Positions 24,391 to 37,917 are shown, counted from the whole stretch's first letter. The stretch is DNA of 63,016 nt, filler included, from Chiloscyllium plagiosum (GCF_004010195.1; 3 parts of one record of this genome joined end to end with filler, not necessarily neighbours in it), one strand, 5' to 3'. Numbers and translations are program-made. Notes: a model not told the origin generated them from the letters alone.

Positions 24391-25267
24391 CATAGCACAG
24401 ACTCATGCACAGACACACAAGTGTGCATATGCACACACATACAAGCACAAAAACACACAAGGACAAAACTTTTTGAATTAATTCAACAATTTATTGAGCT
24501 GGTATTGCCTGTGCACTGATCCTGTCAGTGGGTGCACTACAATTAAATTACACTTTGGCAAAAGATGAGTCAAAGATTATTTATATTTACATGTGACTTT
24601 TGCTTATTTCTCATTGTGATCTGCAATAGAATACATTAATATCTGGATGCAATTCAATTAGTGTCTGATTTTACTTAAAAGCTAGGTTTATGGCCATACT
24701 GGCAGAGGTAATAGCTAGGTCCACTATTTTTAAATGAACGAAATCTTGGATACCAACTTACACAGTTTATCAAGCAAATAATAAAAACTGGAGAATTGAA
24801 ATAAAAACAGAAAATGCTGGAGAATCCTGTGAACAGAGAAATAGAGTAAACATTTCAAGTCCAACATGGCTCTTCTTCCAAGCTGAGAATAATTGCTCTG
24901 ATTGAAATATTTGGTTATTGCAACATAATGACTGTTTACCACTAACCCTTCATTGGAGATGATTCTATCAGGCTTGCAATTTTCATAGTTAATTAATCAT
25001 GTGTGTAATGGGTCTGCACTATAATAAATCAATTAGTAAGCCCCTTATTTGTCCAGTTGCTAAAGGGGGAAAAGCTAAATGTAGATGGTTATGAATTTAG
25101 CACAAAATATGACAGCACACCTATGATGGCCTTGTTCCAGCATCATTGCCCATGAAGTACTGACAGTGCCAATGACCTTGTGCAATATTACAATCCCAGA
25201 TCACTTCACAGCTCTGAGTATTTGATGGTGCTTGAAACATTGAAGGCCTTAGGACTTCTGAAACCCT

Positions 25268-25550
25268 GAATCATAGAATCCTACACTGCAGCCCATTGAG
25301 TCCACACCAACCCTCCAAAGAGCATCCCACTTTGAACTATGGCTAATTCACTTAGCCTGCTCATCCCTGGACATCATTGCTATTCCACTTAACTTGCATA
25401 TCTTTGGACTGTGGAAGGAAGCTGGAACACTGGGAGGAAACTCACACAGTCACAGGGAGAATGTGAAAATATCACACAGTCACCTGAGAGTGGAATCGAG
25501 CCCAGGTCCCTGGTGCTGTGAGGCAGCTGTGCTAACCACTGAGTGCACTG
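25268..25550 (-). mobile_element. HE1/V-SINE
   Basis: Reverse complement of the tRNA head (cagtggttagcacagctgcctcacagc) and V domain. Confidence 0.85.
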
Positions 25551-27399
25551 TGCTGTACAGCTTAATAAATAGTTATTGGTTGTTTTTAAAGCTGCACTTT
25601 GGACTGAACACAACAAATAACTTGATAGAGACAACCCTATTTGTCAGTCAGGCAATAAAGACCCTATCATGCAATCGCCTTTTGTCAAGACAATGATAAC
25701 CAAACACTGAAACCCTGGAATAACCTAGATGGAGACAGAGTGCTGACATACTCTTAGACCTAGGATTGAGTCCAGTAAGAAACATTTACAAGGTGAACAA
25801 ACATTTAGGCTCAATGTGATTGTTTCCATAGGATCAGACTCTCGTCGTGAATCTGAAGTTGCTTACTTCTTGCTCATGTAGATCATAATTAGACGTATGA
25901 ACTGAAATTTGCTTTTCAATGGGTATGTATGACATGCAGAAACTTGCAAAACAGGATGTTCCAAAACTTTCTACTGGAAACATTGGCCGTTTGAAAACTT
26001 CATTCCCATAAATTTCACCCCAATGTTGACAGCTGATTTCGTTGGTCTTCTGTTCAATTTAGCTATCCTTTCCGTCAAACTTTCCAATTCTAGGAACAGC
26101 ACACAATTCCACCCACGCATTGTAAACTGCATTGACACTCTGTTGTAATTCCTATTTGTCTGATCCACCCCATAGTGTTTTGTTTTCACTTTATTGCTGT
26201 CTATCTTGTTCAATCCATTGTGACCCTCACTTCTAATGTGAAATGTACTGTCCATTATTCTCTCAATGAGATTTAACTGTCCTCCACAGTACTAGCAAAG
26301 ATATTGGTCCAGTTTTAAGGATCTTTGAGATAAACTTAACAAGGCCAAGGGAAATATTATATTGTGACCTTAACAATAAGGACACATTTAACGATATTCG
26401 CTACTGCCCATTTTTAGGCTATTGGGCATTATGTCCAGCTATTGATATCATTTAATCAATGTTTGTGCTGTGGTGAATTCTCACAGGGTTGAACAACCCT
26501 GCACTGTGGTCTGCCCAATGCCACAGGTTCATTGATATTTCATTATCAGCTCCATGTGTTTATATGTTTTAAAAGAAAATGCTTCTATCACACAAAGGCT
26601 TGGTCAAATGTCTGACACGTGCACTGCTTTATACAAAAGGTCAGAAGTCACATGACGCTAGATTATAGTCCAAGAGGTTTATTTGAAATCACAAGCATTT
26701 GGAGCACTGGTCCTTCATCAGGTGAAGATACCTGGTGTGACTTCAGACTTTGTCCACCCCAGTCCAGCACTGGTACCTCGTCACCATTAATTCAGAAAAA
26801 ATAAACCTACCAGGTATAGCATAAAAGTCTATAGCATTATTAAAAGAGAACCTGATTTAAAAAAAACTCACACTGTTGTAATTAATTGATTTCCAATACA
26901 ATCTCTGAGCCTTTCTGAAATTCTTTCTGATTTCTACACGCAGCCCAGAAGAGGCTATTGCCCTGAATACCTCTGTAGAACACTACAGCAAGCAAACATT
27001 CTGCATGCCATTGTCTGCTATTGTTAAATTTCATTGGCTCTGCTGTCTGCTGGCCCAAGTAGGCATGCTCCATTAGCAGCGTCAGAAATCACAACTGTCC
27101 TTCAGGCCATTTATTGGCTCAGGGTCCATCCAGGTTGCCACACGGAACGTCGGCCATAGTGTGTGAAGTCTGCATTGCACAGCTACATCAAACAATTCCA
27201 TCAGAACAAACCAGCATCTTCATGGATGATTAAGACACGATGAACAGGAACAGGAAGTAATAGAATTAGGAAGGTTAATGGTTATGTCTGTCGCACCGCA
27301 ATACAACATGGAGTGGAAGCCATGCTTTACCTATACATCAAGATGGTTTGTAGTGATCAAGAATCTTGCTACACAGTGTTACCTAGTAACACCTCCATA

Positions 27400-27600
27400 A
27401 TAGGTTGGTCAGTTGGCTGGATGCCTGGTTTGTGATGCAGGGTAATGCCCGCATGGGCTCAATTCTCATGCCGGCTGAGGATAGCATGAAAGACTTCCCT
27501 TTTCAACCTCTCCCCTTGCCTGAGCTGTGGTGACCCTTAGGTTAAATCCCACCAGTCATCTCTCTCTGATGAGAGTCAGGTAGGACCATAGCGCCTTTCC
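27400..27600 (+). mobile_element. tRNA-derived SINE with LINE-related tail
   Basis: A/B-box-like head (tcagttggctggatg..gggctcaattc); tail ggttaaat..ccaccagtcatctctctc..ggaccatagcg; a reverse tail copy lies near 5030-5110. Confidence 0.6.
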
Positions 27601-28074
27601 CCTTTAATCCTACCAGACCTGGGCAACATTAGTACAATCAGAAAGCTCTGTTCAAGGAAGGAGACTTAACATTATGATCTGCATTTTGAAAGAAAGGCTC
27701 AGGATTGTGATTGGTTTGGGGTCTCAGTTGGATAAGACCAGTTAAAATGGGTTACATCATACTAGTTTGCTGCATTCTCTACAATCATAAACGCTGAGAG
27801 TTTGAGGCAGTATAGAAACATAACGAACACTATGACTTAAAGAAGAATTTGCTGAAGGAGGAAAGTATGTAAAAGAACAACAATAAGGAGGACCAGCACA
27901 GGTTAGTGGTTAGACAAACCAGAAACTGATTGATGGAACAAATTTATTACAGGATCCTCAATCACCCTCTCAAAAAGGTCAGAGGAAGGTTATCAGAATT
28001 AACAATCAACATGACCTTTTTTTCACTCCCTACATTTTGACTAAAAGAGCATTGAAGCCATATTCAAGTACAAT

Positions 28075-28407
28075 TAGAGCCATACAATCTCTACATTGTG
28101 GAACCAGGCCTTTTGGCTCACACCAATCCTCCAAAGAGATCCCATCCAGACCTACACCCTTACCCTATCCCTGCATTTCCCGTGGCTAACCCACCTAGCC
28201 TGCACATCCCTTGATACTATAGGCAAGTTACTGTGGCCTATCCACAAAACCTGTACATCTTTGGACTGTGGGAGGAACCTGGAGGAAAGCCACACAGACA
28301 CAGGGAGAATGTGCAAGATCCACACAGACGGTTGTCCAAGGGCAGAATGGAACCCAGGTCGCTGGTGCTGCAAGGCAGCAGCATTAACCACTGAGCCACT
28401 GTGCCAC
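28075..28407 (-). mobile_element. HE1/V-SINE
   Basis: Full-length reverse copy of the head (ggcacagtggctcagtggttaatgctgc), V domain and tail. Confidence 0.88.
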
Positions 28408-28829
28408 GCTCAGCAAGCACTTAAGTTTTGACATTGCAGACAATTCAGATGAACAATCCACAATAGGAATTACCCAGACCAAAATCTCAAATATAATATA
28501 AGCGATCATTTCAATTCCAGACAAATTACTTCATTGATATTTTTTGTTACCCGCTCACAGGGACCAAAGTTTAGCTCCCTAGCAGGCTTTGCAATAATAG
28601 AGAAAAAAATTCAAACAAATATACAAAACAGAACAGTGGATTCTTCTATGTGCACAGTAAAATGCAGTAGAGTGAGTTTGAAACTAAAGCTACAGTTGTT
28701 TAATGGACTTTCTAATGGTGTGCTACTGCTTATCAATCAAACTAAGATCTCAATGGAATTTAATTGTCCACACCAGCACTCCTCCAATCATTCCTTCATG
28801 TTAGAATAATTAAAATAAGATTATAGATA

Positions 28830-29420
28830 GAAGCATAAATATTGATTGGATGAAAAGAGACTATTCAATCCAGTCTATCTGTGGCTGCTTTTGCCAGAGC
28901 AATCAATCAGTTTCTTGTCCTCCTGCTCTGATCTCTCCACAAAGCCCTGCAATCTCCACTCTTTCAAATGTCTATACAATTTTTCTTAAAAGATATAATG
29001 GTCTCTGCCTCAACTATTTCTAGTGGCAAAACATTCCATGCCCAACAATTCAGAGAAACAACATTCCTTCTGTCTCTTTTCTTCAGTCTCTTAGTAATAA
29101 TCTTAAATTGATGACTGCTGGCCACAACTGCTAAAACAGAGGAAATAATCCTCCCCTATTCATTATATCAAAACACTTCATAATTTTAAAAAGAAATCTC
29201 TATTAAACCTTGTCATCATGTTCCCTGCTCCAGGGAAAATAGTTCCAGTACCTTTGTAATTCGAGTTTCTCATCCTTGCATTCTTCAATATATTCTGAAT
29301 ATATCTTTAATGGCCTTGTGATAATAGAAAGCAGCAGGTATAAATTCATCATTATCTCTTTGTGTTTGCACACTATAGTCCGATTTATAAAACCCAAAAG
29401 CCTATTATGGTTTTTATGGC
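28830..29420 (-). mobile_element. Old degenerate CR1 3' fragment
   Basis: 29203-29397(-) GFINRTIVCKHKEIMMNLY resembles CR1 GFIxRxIEYKSxEVMLxLY. Confidence 0.7.
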
Positions 29421-29477
29421 TTTATCTTTCTGCCTCTACACCTGCACTTTGAAGGAATTCAATATTTGTTCACCAGA

Positions 29478-30911
29478 GGCCAGGTTTTTCAAATCATCAC
29501 AAATTAGTCAGGAATGGAGTCAAGCAAATAACTAAAAAAGAATTTTTCCCTCTGTTCCTGTCCTCCCCAATATTCCTGAAAGTGGGTGAGAACGCTGGCC
29601 TCCAAAAACCCTGTAACTATTATGAAGCTAACTACGTTTATTGTGGCTTTGTTTGAAGTTGGCTCCCACAGCTTTTCAAATATTCCGAGAGGATGTGGTT
29701 AGCAACCAGCTGTGTGGAAGTGAAGACCACGTCAAAGCGGTGCCTTGGAGGCAGAAAGAGTTTGAAAAGGCGAATAACTTTATTTTCCAATACTTAATAG
29801 TCTTATTATTTTGTGAGTAATGTTCCTACAGCCCATCGTGTATCAGGAGCAGAATCAGAATGGAGAATGTTGCCATCTCTCGGGGTTGTCATCCTCCTTC
29901 GAGAAATGAACGCGGCTCTTCAGACTTCACTGGAGAGACAGGAAGGTCGCAGTTGGAAATGCTGCTCCTTTAACAATCAAAGCCACTGGAGATAAGGGTC
30001 AATGACCTGGAGACGAAACGCAGAGAACTGGGTAGCAGGAAGAGAGTGAACGGTAAGGACTGGGTGAGAGGGATGAAGAGTGGGATGTGTACCTTCAACA
30101 TCACATCAATGGTCAGAGGTGAAATCACCAGGACATAACTGAGAGCTGAGTGCTGAAGGAGACTGTGACCCTCTGGGCAGAAGGTTGTTGTCCTCATTAA
30201 TGTAGATACCTGTGGTATCTTACAGGCAGCTATATGTCAGTGATCTGTCCAGATATATTCCTAACCAGTGCTGACTGAATAACATTATCTCATTCACAAC
30301 GTTGGAGCATTATAACCTCAAAGAGACACAGGCTGCAGCGCCTGGTTCAGTCAGGTGGGCCCATTAATGCCCTAAGAGTCATTTCTATTTTGCTAGTCCC
30401 CTGCATCACCATTAAATAATCCTCTAGAGTGATGTAGATATTAAAGACAATGTGCTCCTGAAAGGAAGCAGCTCGTCAGTGGAGGAGCAGGGTATAAGGT
30501 GAGAGGAGACAGAAGGCGATGATGTTGAAGACTTGTTGAACAGTGAGGTGTCTTCCTCCTACAATCTTATGGGACCAGGAGCTCTACATCCCCCTCCTTC
30601 ACCCCCCCCCCACCCCCTCATGGTTGCTTGATCTCCAGCTTGCCTGAGATACTGATCTCTGTGATACAATGGCAAAAAAAAACATTCTCCCTCAGGCAAC
30701 TAGAAACCTCACTTTTGGCTGCTTTGGGTGTCTGAAACATATCTTTACTGCTGGCTCCATCAGCTCTAATTGGAGTAGAAATCCATCTCCGTATCAATTA
30801 AATACTCATGCCAAGGAAAACTCAAAGCTCAGTGATATGTCACCAGAGACTGATTTTTGACACAAAACAGACGTGACTCCAGTTTCTTGTCTCCAGTGGG
30901 AAATCTCAGCC
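29478..30911 (+). mobile_element. Degenerate PIF/Harbinger transposon (Myb/SANT and transposase remnants)
   Basis: Near 29995 reads RVNDL (Myb/SANT QCRKRxNDL). 30333-30415 reads LQRLVQSGGPINALRVISILLVPCI, resembling HARBI1-type RFRCLDRSGG..VSRIIxxCCILHN, then an acidic tail; imperfect ggc..tttt / aaat..gcc ends. Confidence 0.55.
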
Positions 30912-31289
30912 TCTAGTCTCTTTTTTTCCTACACATCCTCCAACATGTTTCTATTAATTTATTTTTCCCCCACAAACATATTCTCTTACGATTATCTCAG
31001 CATCAGCCATATCTTGCTTGTTTTGCTCATACTAGTTATGTCTTTCTGAGATAGTTTGCAATCCTTTCCGCTGTTAGCTAGAACCTTATCTACAGTGTCA
31101 TGTGAAAATGGGAGGTTGTGCTTCATTTGAGTCACTGAATGATAGAAGTGCTCTATCAGAAGGAGGCTGTTCAACTCATCAGGCCAGTTCTGGCTCTCCC
31201 AAATGAGTATCGTGACTTTTGTTGTTTTGCTGCGTAAAAACTCTGCGTTCAGGGGATAAGGTGCCACATCAAAGGTTATTCCAAAAACA

Positions 31290-31865
31290 AGAAAACCCGT
31301 GGTGTAGTGGATAATATTTTGGCGTGGGATACAAGCTTGACTAGAAGCAGAGAGGACAAATGTGTGGGTCTTTTTCAGGCTGTCAGGTTGTCATGAGTGG
31401 TGTACCTCAGGGGTCAATGCTGGGGCCCCAGTATTCTATAATACAGTACAGCTCAGTTCACATCCTCTAGAGTTCAGAAGGGTCAGAAGTGTCTTCACTG
31501 AAACACACAGGATGTTGAGGGGGCTTGGTTGGGTGGATATTGAAAGGATATTTCCTCATGAGGAAGTATCTAGAAATAGAGGCTATAGTTTAAAATGAGG
31601 GCATACCTGTTTATGTCAGATATGAGGAAACATTTTTTCTCTCAGAGCCTTGAAAATCTTTGGCATTCATTTCTTCAAATGGTAGTGGAAACAGAATCTT
31701 TAAATATTTTTAGTAGAGGTACAGGGATTCTTGATTACCAAGGGGATGAAAGATTATTGGGAATGTGCAGGAACAGAGAGTTAAGATCAGATCAGCACTA
31801 AGCTCATTGAATGGCCGAAAAGGCTGGAAGGATTGAATGGCCTACTGTTCTTTGTTGTTCATATA
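31290..31865 (+). mobile_element. Old CR1 fragment with internal deletion
   Basis: agtggtgtacctcaggggtca (SGVPQGS, RT) joined to KHFFSQSLENLWHSF. Confidence 0.8.
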
Positions 31866-31879
31866 TTTCTATTTAGTTA

Positions 31880-32450
31880 ATCATCTTGAACCCTTTTGAA
31901 TGTCTCAACTGAACCTGCCATCCACCAGACTACATGAAGGGTTTTCCAGACCTGAACAAACCATTGTGTGATGAAATGTTTTCTCACATTTGCCTTCTTT
32001 GCAAATCGCTTGAAACCTGTGCCCTCTCATTATTGATCTTTTTTTCCAAGTAGGAACTGTTTCTCTCTATATATTCTATCCAGCGTCCTCATGCTTTTGA
32101 TAACTATATTGGATTTAATTTTCTCTCCCAGGAGAACAGTCTCAAAACTCCAACATATTTTCTTAAATGAAGATTCTCATCCATGGAACGAATCTTGTAA
32201 ATTCCTTCTGCACTCCTTCCAAAATGTTCACATCCTTCCTATTGTGTGGCGCCTAGTACTGTAGACAATACTCCAGCTGAGGTCTAACAAGTATCTTATA
32301 TGATTTCAGCATCAGTTCTTTGCTCTTGACTTATTAATAAAACACAAAATACTGTATGTTTTATGAACTGCCACCTCCTGCAGTCCTGCTACCTTTAATG
32401 ATCCCTGCATGTACAGTCAGGTTCCTCTGCTCCTGCCTCACCTTTAAATT
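31880..32450 (-). mobile_element. Old CR1 3' fragment
   Basis: Reverse complement resembles LVRPQLEYC..W and the downstream CR1 C-terminus. Confidence 0.7.
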
Positions 32451-32480
32451 GTATTTCTTACTTACCCAAGTCAAAACATA

Positions 32481-33365
32481 TGTTATGATATAGGGTAAAA
32501 CCCTCTGTTAAGTTAAACCCGACAGAGAAGCTCACCACGTGCTGTAATCTGTTACATTTCGAGAGGTAAAGAATGATCCCAGAGGTCACAATTTAAAGTA
32601 AAAATTAACAATTTTAATCTTTAAGTCCAACAGAGAATATTAAAACCAACAACTATTTACAACTCCTTTCTCTTCAACCTATCTTTTACCTTCTCCTCTA
32701 AAATACCGATCTGATAAAAACCCTGATTAAGATTTACAAAAAAACAAATCACATTTCAAAACCAGTCAGCTTTGTTGATTCTCCTTTGTAGTTTTTTCTC
32801 TAGATTTTTCTCTAGGTCAGCTTCGATGTTCTGCTGCACAAATTTCTTATAAACAAGTACCTTTTAGAGAGCTCTTCAGCCAGCAGTCTATATTTGTTAG
32901 TGGCTTAGCAGTTTTCCCCCTAAGTGGTCAAAATGTCCAGTTTTATACCCCAAAACATCAGATCATTTCATTGATTTGAAGTCATCTTTAAGCAGTAAAA
33001 TTCAAATTTGGTTGGATTTTGGTATCTGGGGCATAATTTAAACGGATTAGCTGAATTTGAATTTATTTTTGATCCATAGCAACACAACTCCAGCTACTTG
33101 GTTCAGCCCAATGTTGCAGTTTTACTTTGTTCAGGGCTCTCTGTTTTTTTCAATCAGTCCCTGCTAGCTTTTCAACTGTCTTAAAGGTACAGTTCCTGAA
33201 GGTTCCTGAAGAAGGACTTATGCCCGAAACGTCGATTCTCCTGTTCCCTGGATGCTGCCTGACCTGCTGCGCTTTTCCAGCAACACATTTTCAGCTCTGA
33301 TCTCCAGCATCTGCAGACCTCACTTTCTCCTTAAAGGTACAGTACACAACTACACCTTCATAACA
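32481..33365. mobile_element. Solo LTR with perfect 8-bp terminal inverted repeats
   Basis: TGTTATGA (32481-32488) ... TCATAACA (33358-33365); flanks cata/catg (near 4-bp TSD). Confidence 0.75.
33194..33329. mobile_element. PLE terminal fragment in LTR, 14-bp TSD, HHR at 33206-33233(+)
   Basis: cttaaaggtacagt at 33180-33193 and 33330-33343; CTGAAGAaGGACttatGCCCGAAACGTC. Confidence 0.88.
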
Positions 33366-33898
33366 CATGTAATAGAGATTCGACCCTGCAGTCAAACCTG
33401 GATTTTAAATTTGCCATGACATCTCCAAATCAAGCAAAGCCCACTGCTGTTTGTTTCCTGTCTACAAAGTAACTCTCCATCCAAGTACTTACATTTCCTC
33501 AAATGCTACGCACTTGAAATTTTTGAGCGTTTCCAATTGAATCTAATTGAACACTTGAAAACTCATAATTAAATGAGCTACACATAAATAAATTAGTGCT
33601 TCTGCTAAAAAAGGAATAAAATGTATCAAACACAACTAGTCTGTTACAGAAACAAACATAGAGAATGTTGGAGAAACTCAGCAAAGCATTTGTGGAGAGA
33701 GAAACAGTGCTCAGTGTTTTTCACCAGACTGAAATGTGTTACAAAATGTTCTTTTTTTAATCTACTATTGACAGAGGTGGAGGAGGAGTATGTGGACAAA
33801 TGATGTAAAGGTCCAGTACAAACAGGTTGTTAGTAGTGGTGAAATTGTTCAGGTCTGAAATATCCTACATGTCATCTGGTGGATGGCAGGTTCAAGTA

Positions 33899-34513
33899 TG
33901 TTATGGACCAGACCAAACCCCCTAAGAAGATAGCCTAGACCCTAACTTTTTCTTATTTTAAAGGTACGTGCAAGGTGTTGCATTCCAGATGCAATTCAAT
34001 TGTCTAACCATTTGACTTTAGCAAACACATTTTACTTTTAAACTACAGTGAAAGATACAGGTAAAATAAAAGTCAGAGAAAAGAATTGGCTTAATTGTAA
34101 CTGTATCGAAATGCTTACAAAATAATCTATACGTGAACCACCATTAATTCACAGTTCCAACATAGTAACATCCTATTAAACACACCTTTGGCAAAGGTAG
34201 ATTCAGTAAAATAGATTGTCTCACATGCAATTCTAGCAGCTTTTAGCTGTAACAGAGAGAGTGAATAAGAGTTTCCACATCCAGCTTCAAGACCCCAACA
34301 ATCGCAGAAAAAAAGCAGAAGTCCTGGTTCTGTGGGGGTTTGACCCCACCCATTTAGGCAGCTTCTATTGTTCCAACTTTAAAGAAAAACCCAAGGCTTC
34401 ACAAGCTGTTTACATTATTGGCTTTAAGCAGACTGCTCAGTAACTCTGTTTCAATCTCTCTTTGTAAAAAGAAAAGGACAAAATGGACTTTGTAAAACCA
34501 TCATGTCATCACA
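33899..34513. mobile_element. Probable solo LTR
   Basis: TGTTATGG...ATCACA termini; related in reverse orientation to 16562-17175. Confidence 0.6.
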
Positions 34514-34699
34514 ATTGAAACATACAAAAGGGCACTAAATGATTATTTAAATAGAAAACAATATAAAAGGTTAGTAAATTAACGCATGAAAGAGGGAGGA
34601 AATAGGTCTCTTGTACTGACAGAAAAGTAAATAAGACACAAACAAGACATGGCTGCGGCAGGGGGTGGCGGTGGGGAGGAAGAGAATGTATGAAAAAGA

Positions 34700-35130
34700 G
34701 AGTACAGGCTTCCTGGGGTCAGGTTCTGAAGTTATAGAATTCAGTATTGAGACCTCGAGGCTGTGAAATGCTCAAGTGGAAAATGAGATGCCGTTCCTCG
34801 AGCTTGCATTATGCTTCATTTGCAGCAGACCCAGGGCAGAAATGTTGTCACAAGAATAAGGGGGTTCATTGAAATAGCCACGAACTGGAAGGTCAGGATC
34901 ATTCCAACAGCCAAAGCAGAGATGGTCCACCAACCAGTCAGCCCGTCTGTGTTTGGTCTCTCCAAAGTACAGGTGATCACATTATGAACAGTGAATATAT
35001 AGGAAGAAGTGCAAGCAAATACTGTTTTGGGGGCTTTGAACAGTGAGAATGGTGAAGATGAATGGGAATTTCTGTGATTACATGGGAAGGTGCCATAAGG
35101 AAGCAAAGAAGTGTTGGGAGTGATGATAGA
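34700..35130 (-). mobile_element. Old PLE GIY-YIG remnant
   Basis: Reverse strand resembles YIGETK..R..H..PVAIHFN..KLEERHLIFHL..QPRGLNTEF, with frameshifts. Confidence 0.7.
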
Positions 35131-35344
35131 AAATGTTTTTATTTACCAATGTTGTTGAGGCAGGTCAGTTATTAGTAGGCATTCTTGAAATCTTATTACA
35201 TACACCATATAACAAATTAGTATGAGCTTAATTAAATATTAATCCAATAATACAAGTCAACATTCTGCCATAATACAATTTGGTGGATTTCAGCAGCTCT
35301 ACACTATTGATGAGCAACTTTTGGCTGTATTGGCTTTAAGGTCA

Positions 35345-35520
35345 ACATCAAAGCAGAAAGTGTTGGAGAAACTCAGCATTTCTGGTGATGACACTTCATC
35401 TGAGCTTAAAATGTTCACTCTGCTTTCTTTCTCCACACATGCTGCCAGACCTGCTGAGTTTCTCCAACACTTTCTGCTTTTGTTTTAGATTTCCAGCATT
35501 CGCAGTTCTTCATTTTTATT
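35345..35520. mobile_element. Fold-back PLE terminal fragment
   Basis: aaagcagaaagtgttggagaaactcagca (35350) is inverted with tgctgagtttctccaacactttctgcttt (35452). Confidence 0.75.
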
Positions 35521-37409
35521 GTACTCCCAGTGACTTTGCTCACCTGTCACGGTAGCAGACAAAATCGCCCCCATATTTTTGACAACTTGGAGATTTGAAG
35601 AAGTCGAACTGAGTTTCAAGAGCAGCTAAAAGGAGGTGATTTATGACGGATTTACTTTTCCAGTCTCTGATTAAAAAGTATTGCAGCATTGTGTAGCTGA
35701 TTCAGTAAGACTGGATGATCTTCAATAAACTATTCCCTACATTCTCAATGTTACCCGGGGAAGTGCAAAGATAGCCTCTGATCGCTGTGACTGATAATTG
35801 CCAGCTGAAGCTGAAGAAGATCTTCTTATTCTGAATGGAACTCTCCAGATATGTCCGATAATGAGGAATTATATCTGTTTTTTGATTTCTCTCAGCTCCC
35901 CCTTTACACTGTTAGATGATTTCATCATTAATTTTACTTTCTTCACTTGCTCCTGGTGTTCATTTATGGTTTCGTGGTTTGCCTCATTAATGGTGTTTTT
36001 GCGTGCATGTAAGTACAAAGCTAGCAATAGAAGACTTGGAATCCTCCACAGCTATTTACGTTTATAGATTTTACTGTTAACTTTGCATTAAAAAACCCTT
36101 TAGGGTATTATTTAATAGCAGATGTGACTGGACATTAAGTTATTTAAAATGCAGATGAAAAAGAACTTTGTCAGTATATAAGTAATTAATTGGCTGAAAG
36201 ATGCACTTTTTAAATAATTAAAATAGTGTTATGATGTACATGTATAACTATTGAATTATTAACCAAAGCAAGGACTCATTTATTATGATATACTCCTCGA
36301 TCAGCATTTAAACGCGAGACATGGTTTCCTTTGGCCTGCTGCTTCACATTTGAAATTGTAACTAGGCAATGATTAAAAGTATAACCATTCTGTTTTAAGT
36401 CAGCTTCTCTGGCCTTTGGGACTTTTTTTTATTGACTTAGGTCCCTTTACTCAACATCTTTCTAAAAGCAGTTTCCTTACCCTCAGCAGTCTCTACTGCG
36501 TTGGATCCCTTCCTCTCAGCCTTTCTCACTGAGTCCATTTCCAGTCAGCTCTGGTACTCTGTTTACTTTTTCAATGATTTGAACATGAGCTTTACAATAT
36601 TCAGCTGATATGAGTGCCCATAATTATCCCCTTTAATTCAAAATTCTTGATTAAAATGTCAAGTTCAGACTCTCTGAAATGTAGTTTCTTTCTTGGGGGA
36701 GTTTTCAGCAACATTATCCATGCTTTACTGATGGTGGATGACAACATCTGAGTCACTGGCAAAGGTCAAGTGGTGCAATCCTAGCTGTTAAGTTGATTAA
36801 ATTGGATGATTTCATTTTACATCTGACTGGATGATTTAACTGACGATAGGCAAGATATCCATATCACAGGAGGAGAAGTTTTGAGTCTTACAGTTGGATG
36901 CTAAATGAGTGGCAGCATAAATGCTATTTTAAAACTCATGTACCTTAAATGTCACGTTTTGCAGCAGTCTTGGCTGACAGCTTGCGTTCAGCTAATGACT
37001 GTACAATCATATACTTCATAAGTTCAATTCTACCTCACTCTTGAAATAATCCTATTCTCCTTTTCTGCCATATCGATACGTATGCACATATTCACACAGA
37101 GGAGACATTTTCAAACGCTGCACTCCTGGCACAGAAGCTGCTCCATTAAGAATTGCAAATGAACATCAATTTCAACTGACTTTCTTATTAATAGTTCCAA
37201 TGTCTACAAAAGTGTACACCAATGTTTACAATTATGCTACCTTTACTTTTACAGAAAAACAAGATTTGTGAAGACAACATTTAAAATGCAGTGTCAAAAT
37301 ACCAGTTTGATTTTTCTCCCCATACATATGTCACGCATGAATCATTAGGTGGAGTGTGTATTTGCCTGCTTGATTGAGATACGTACGGCTTGTGATTTTT
37401 TTTGGTTGT

Positions 37410-37615
37410 CGAGTCATAGAGATGTACAGCATGGAAACAGACCCTTCGGTCCAACCCATCCATGCCGACCAGATATCCCAACCTGATCTAGTCCCACCTG
37501 CCAGCACCTGGCCCATATCCCTCCAAACCTTTCCTATTCATATACCCATCCAAATGCCTTTTAAATGTTGCAATTGTACCAGCCTCCATCACTTCCTCTG
37601 GCAGCTCATTCCATA
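37410..37615 (-). mobile_element. CR1 extreme 3' end
   Basis: Reverse complement of about 10310-10510. Confidence 0.9.
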
Positions 37616-37917
37616 ACATACCAGAAGTTATTTAATTTATGGCTTGAATCTGATCAATCAGAGAATGGTGCCTGTTCAGTCCGGCTGATGGCATTGGGAA
37701 CTAGAATGGGTGAAGTGCATCGTTCAGCCTTAAGTTGCTCTGAATGTGCTATTGCTTGCGTGACCATCAATAAGCTGTATGTATACTTTCTACAGTGATC
37801 TACTATAGATGAGCATAACCACCCTCTGGTCTGATGGGAAGAGTCTTGTAGATTAAATAACATTTCTATAACTATTTACAGGTTATAATAATAGGCACTA
37901 TATTACTTTGATACTGG

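Noticed and set aside
30992..31267. 91-aa minus-strand ORF next to a gtaaga donor-like site
   Set aside because: The frame stops before the donor, there is no acceptor, and the peptide is unrecognised.
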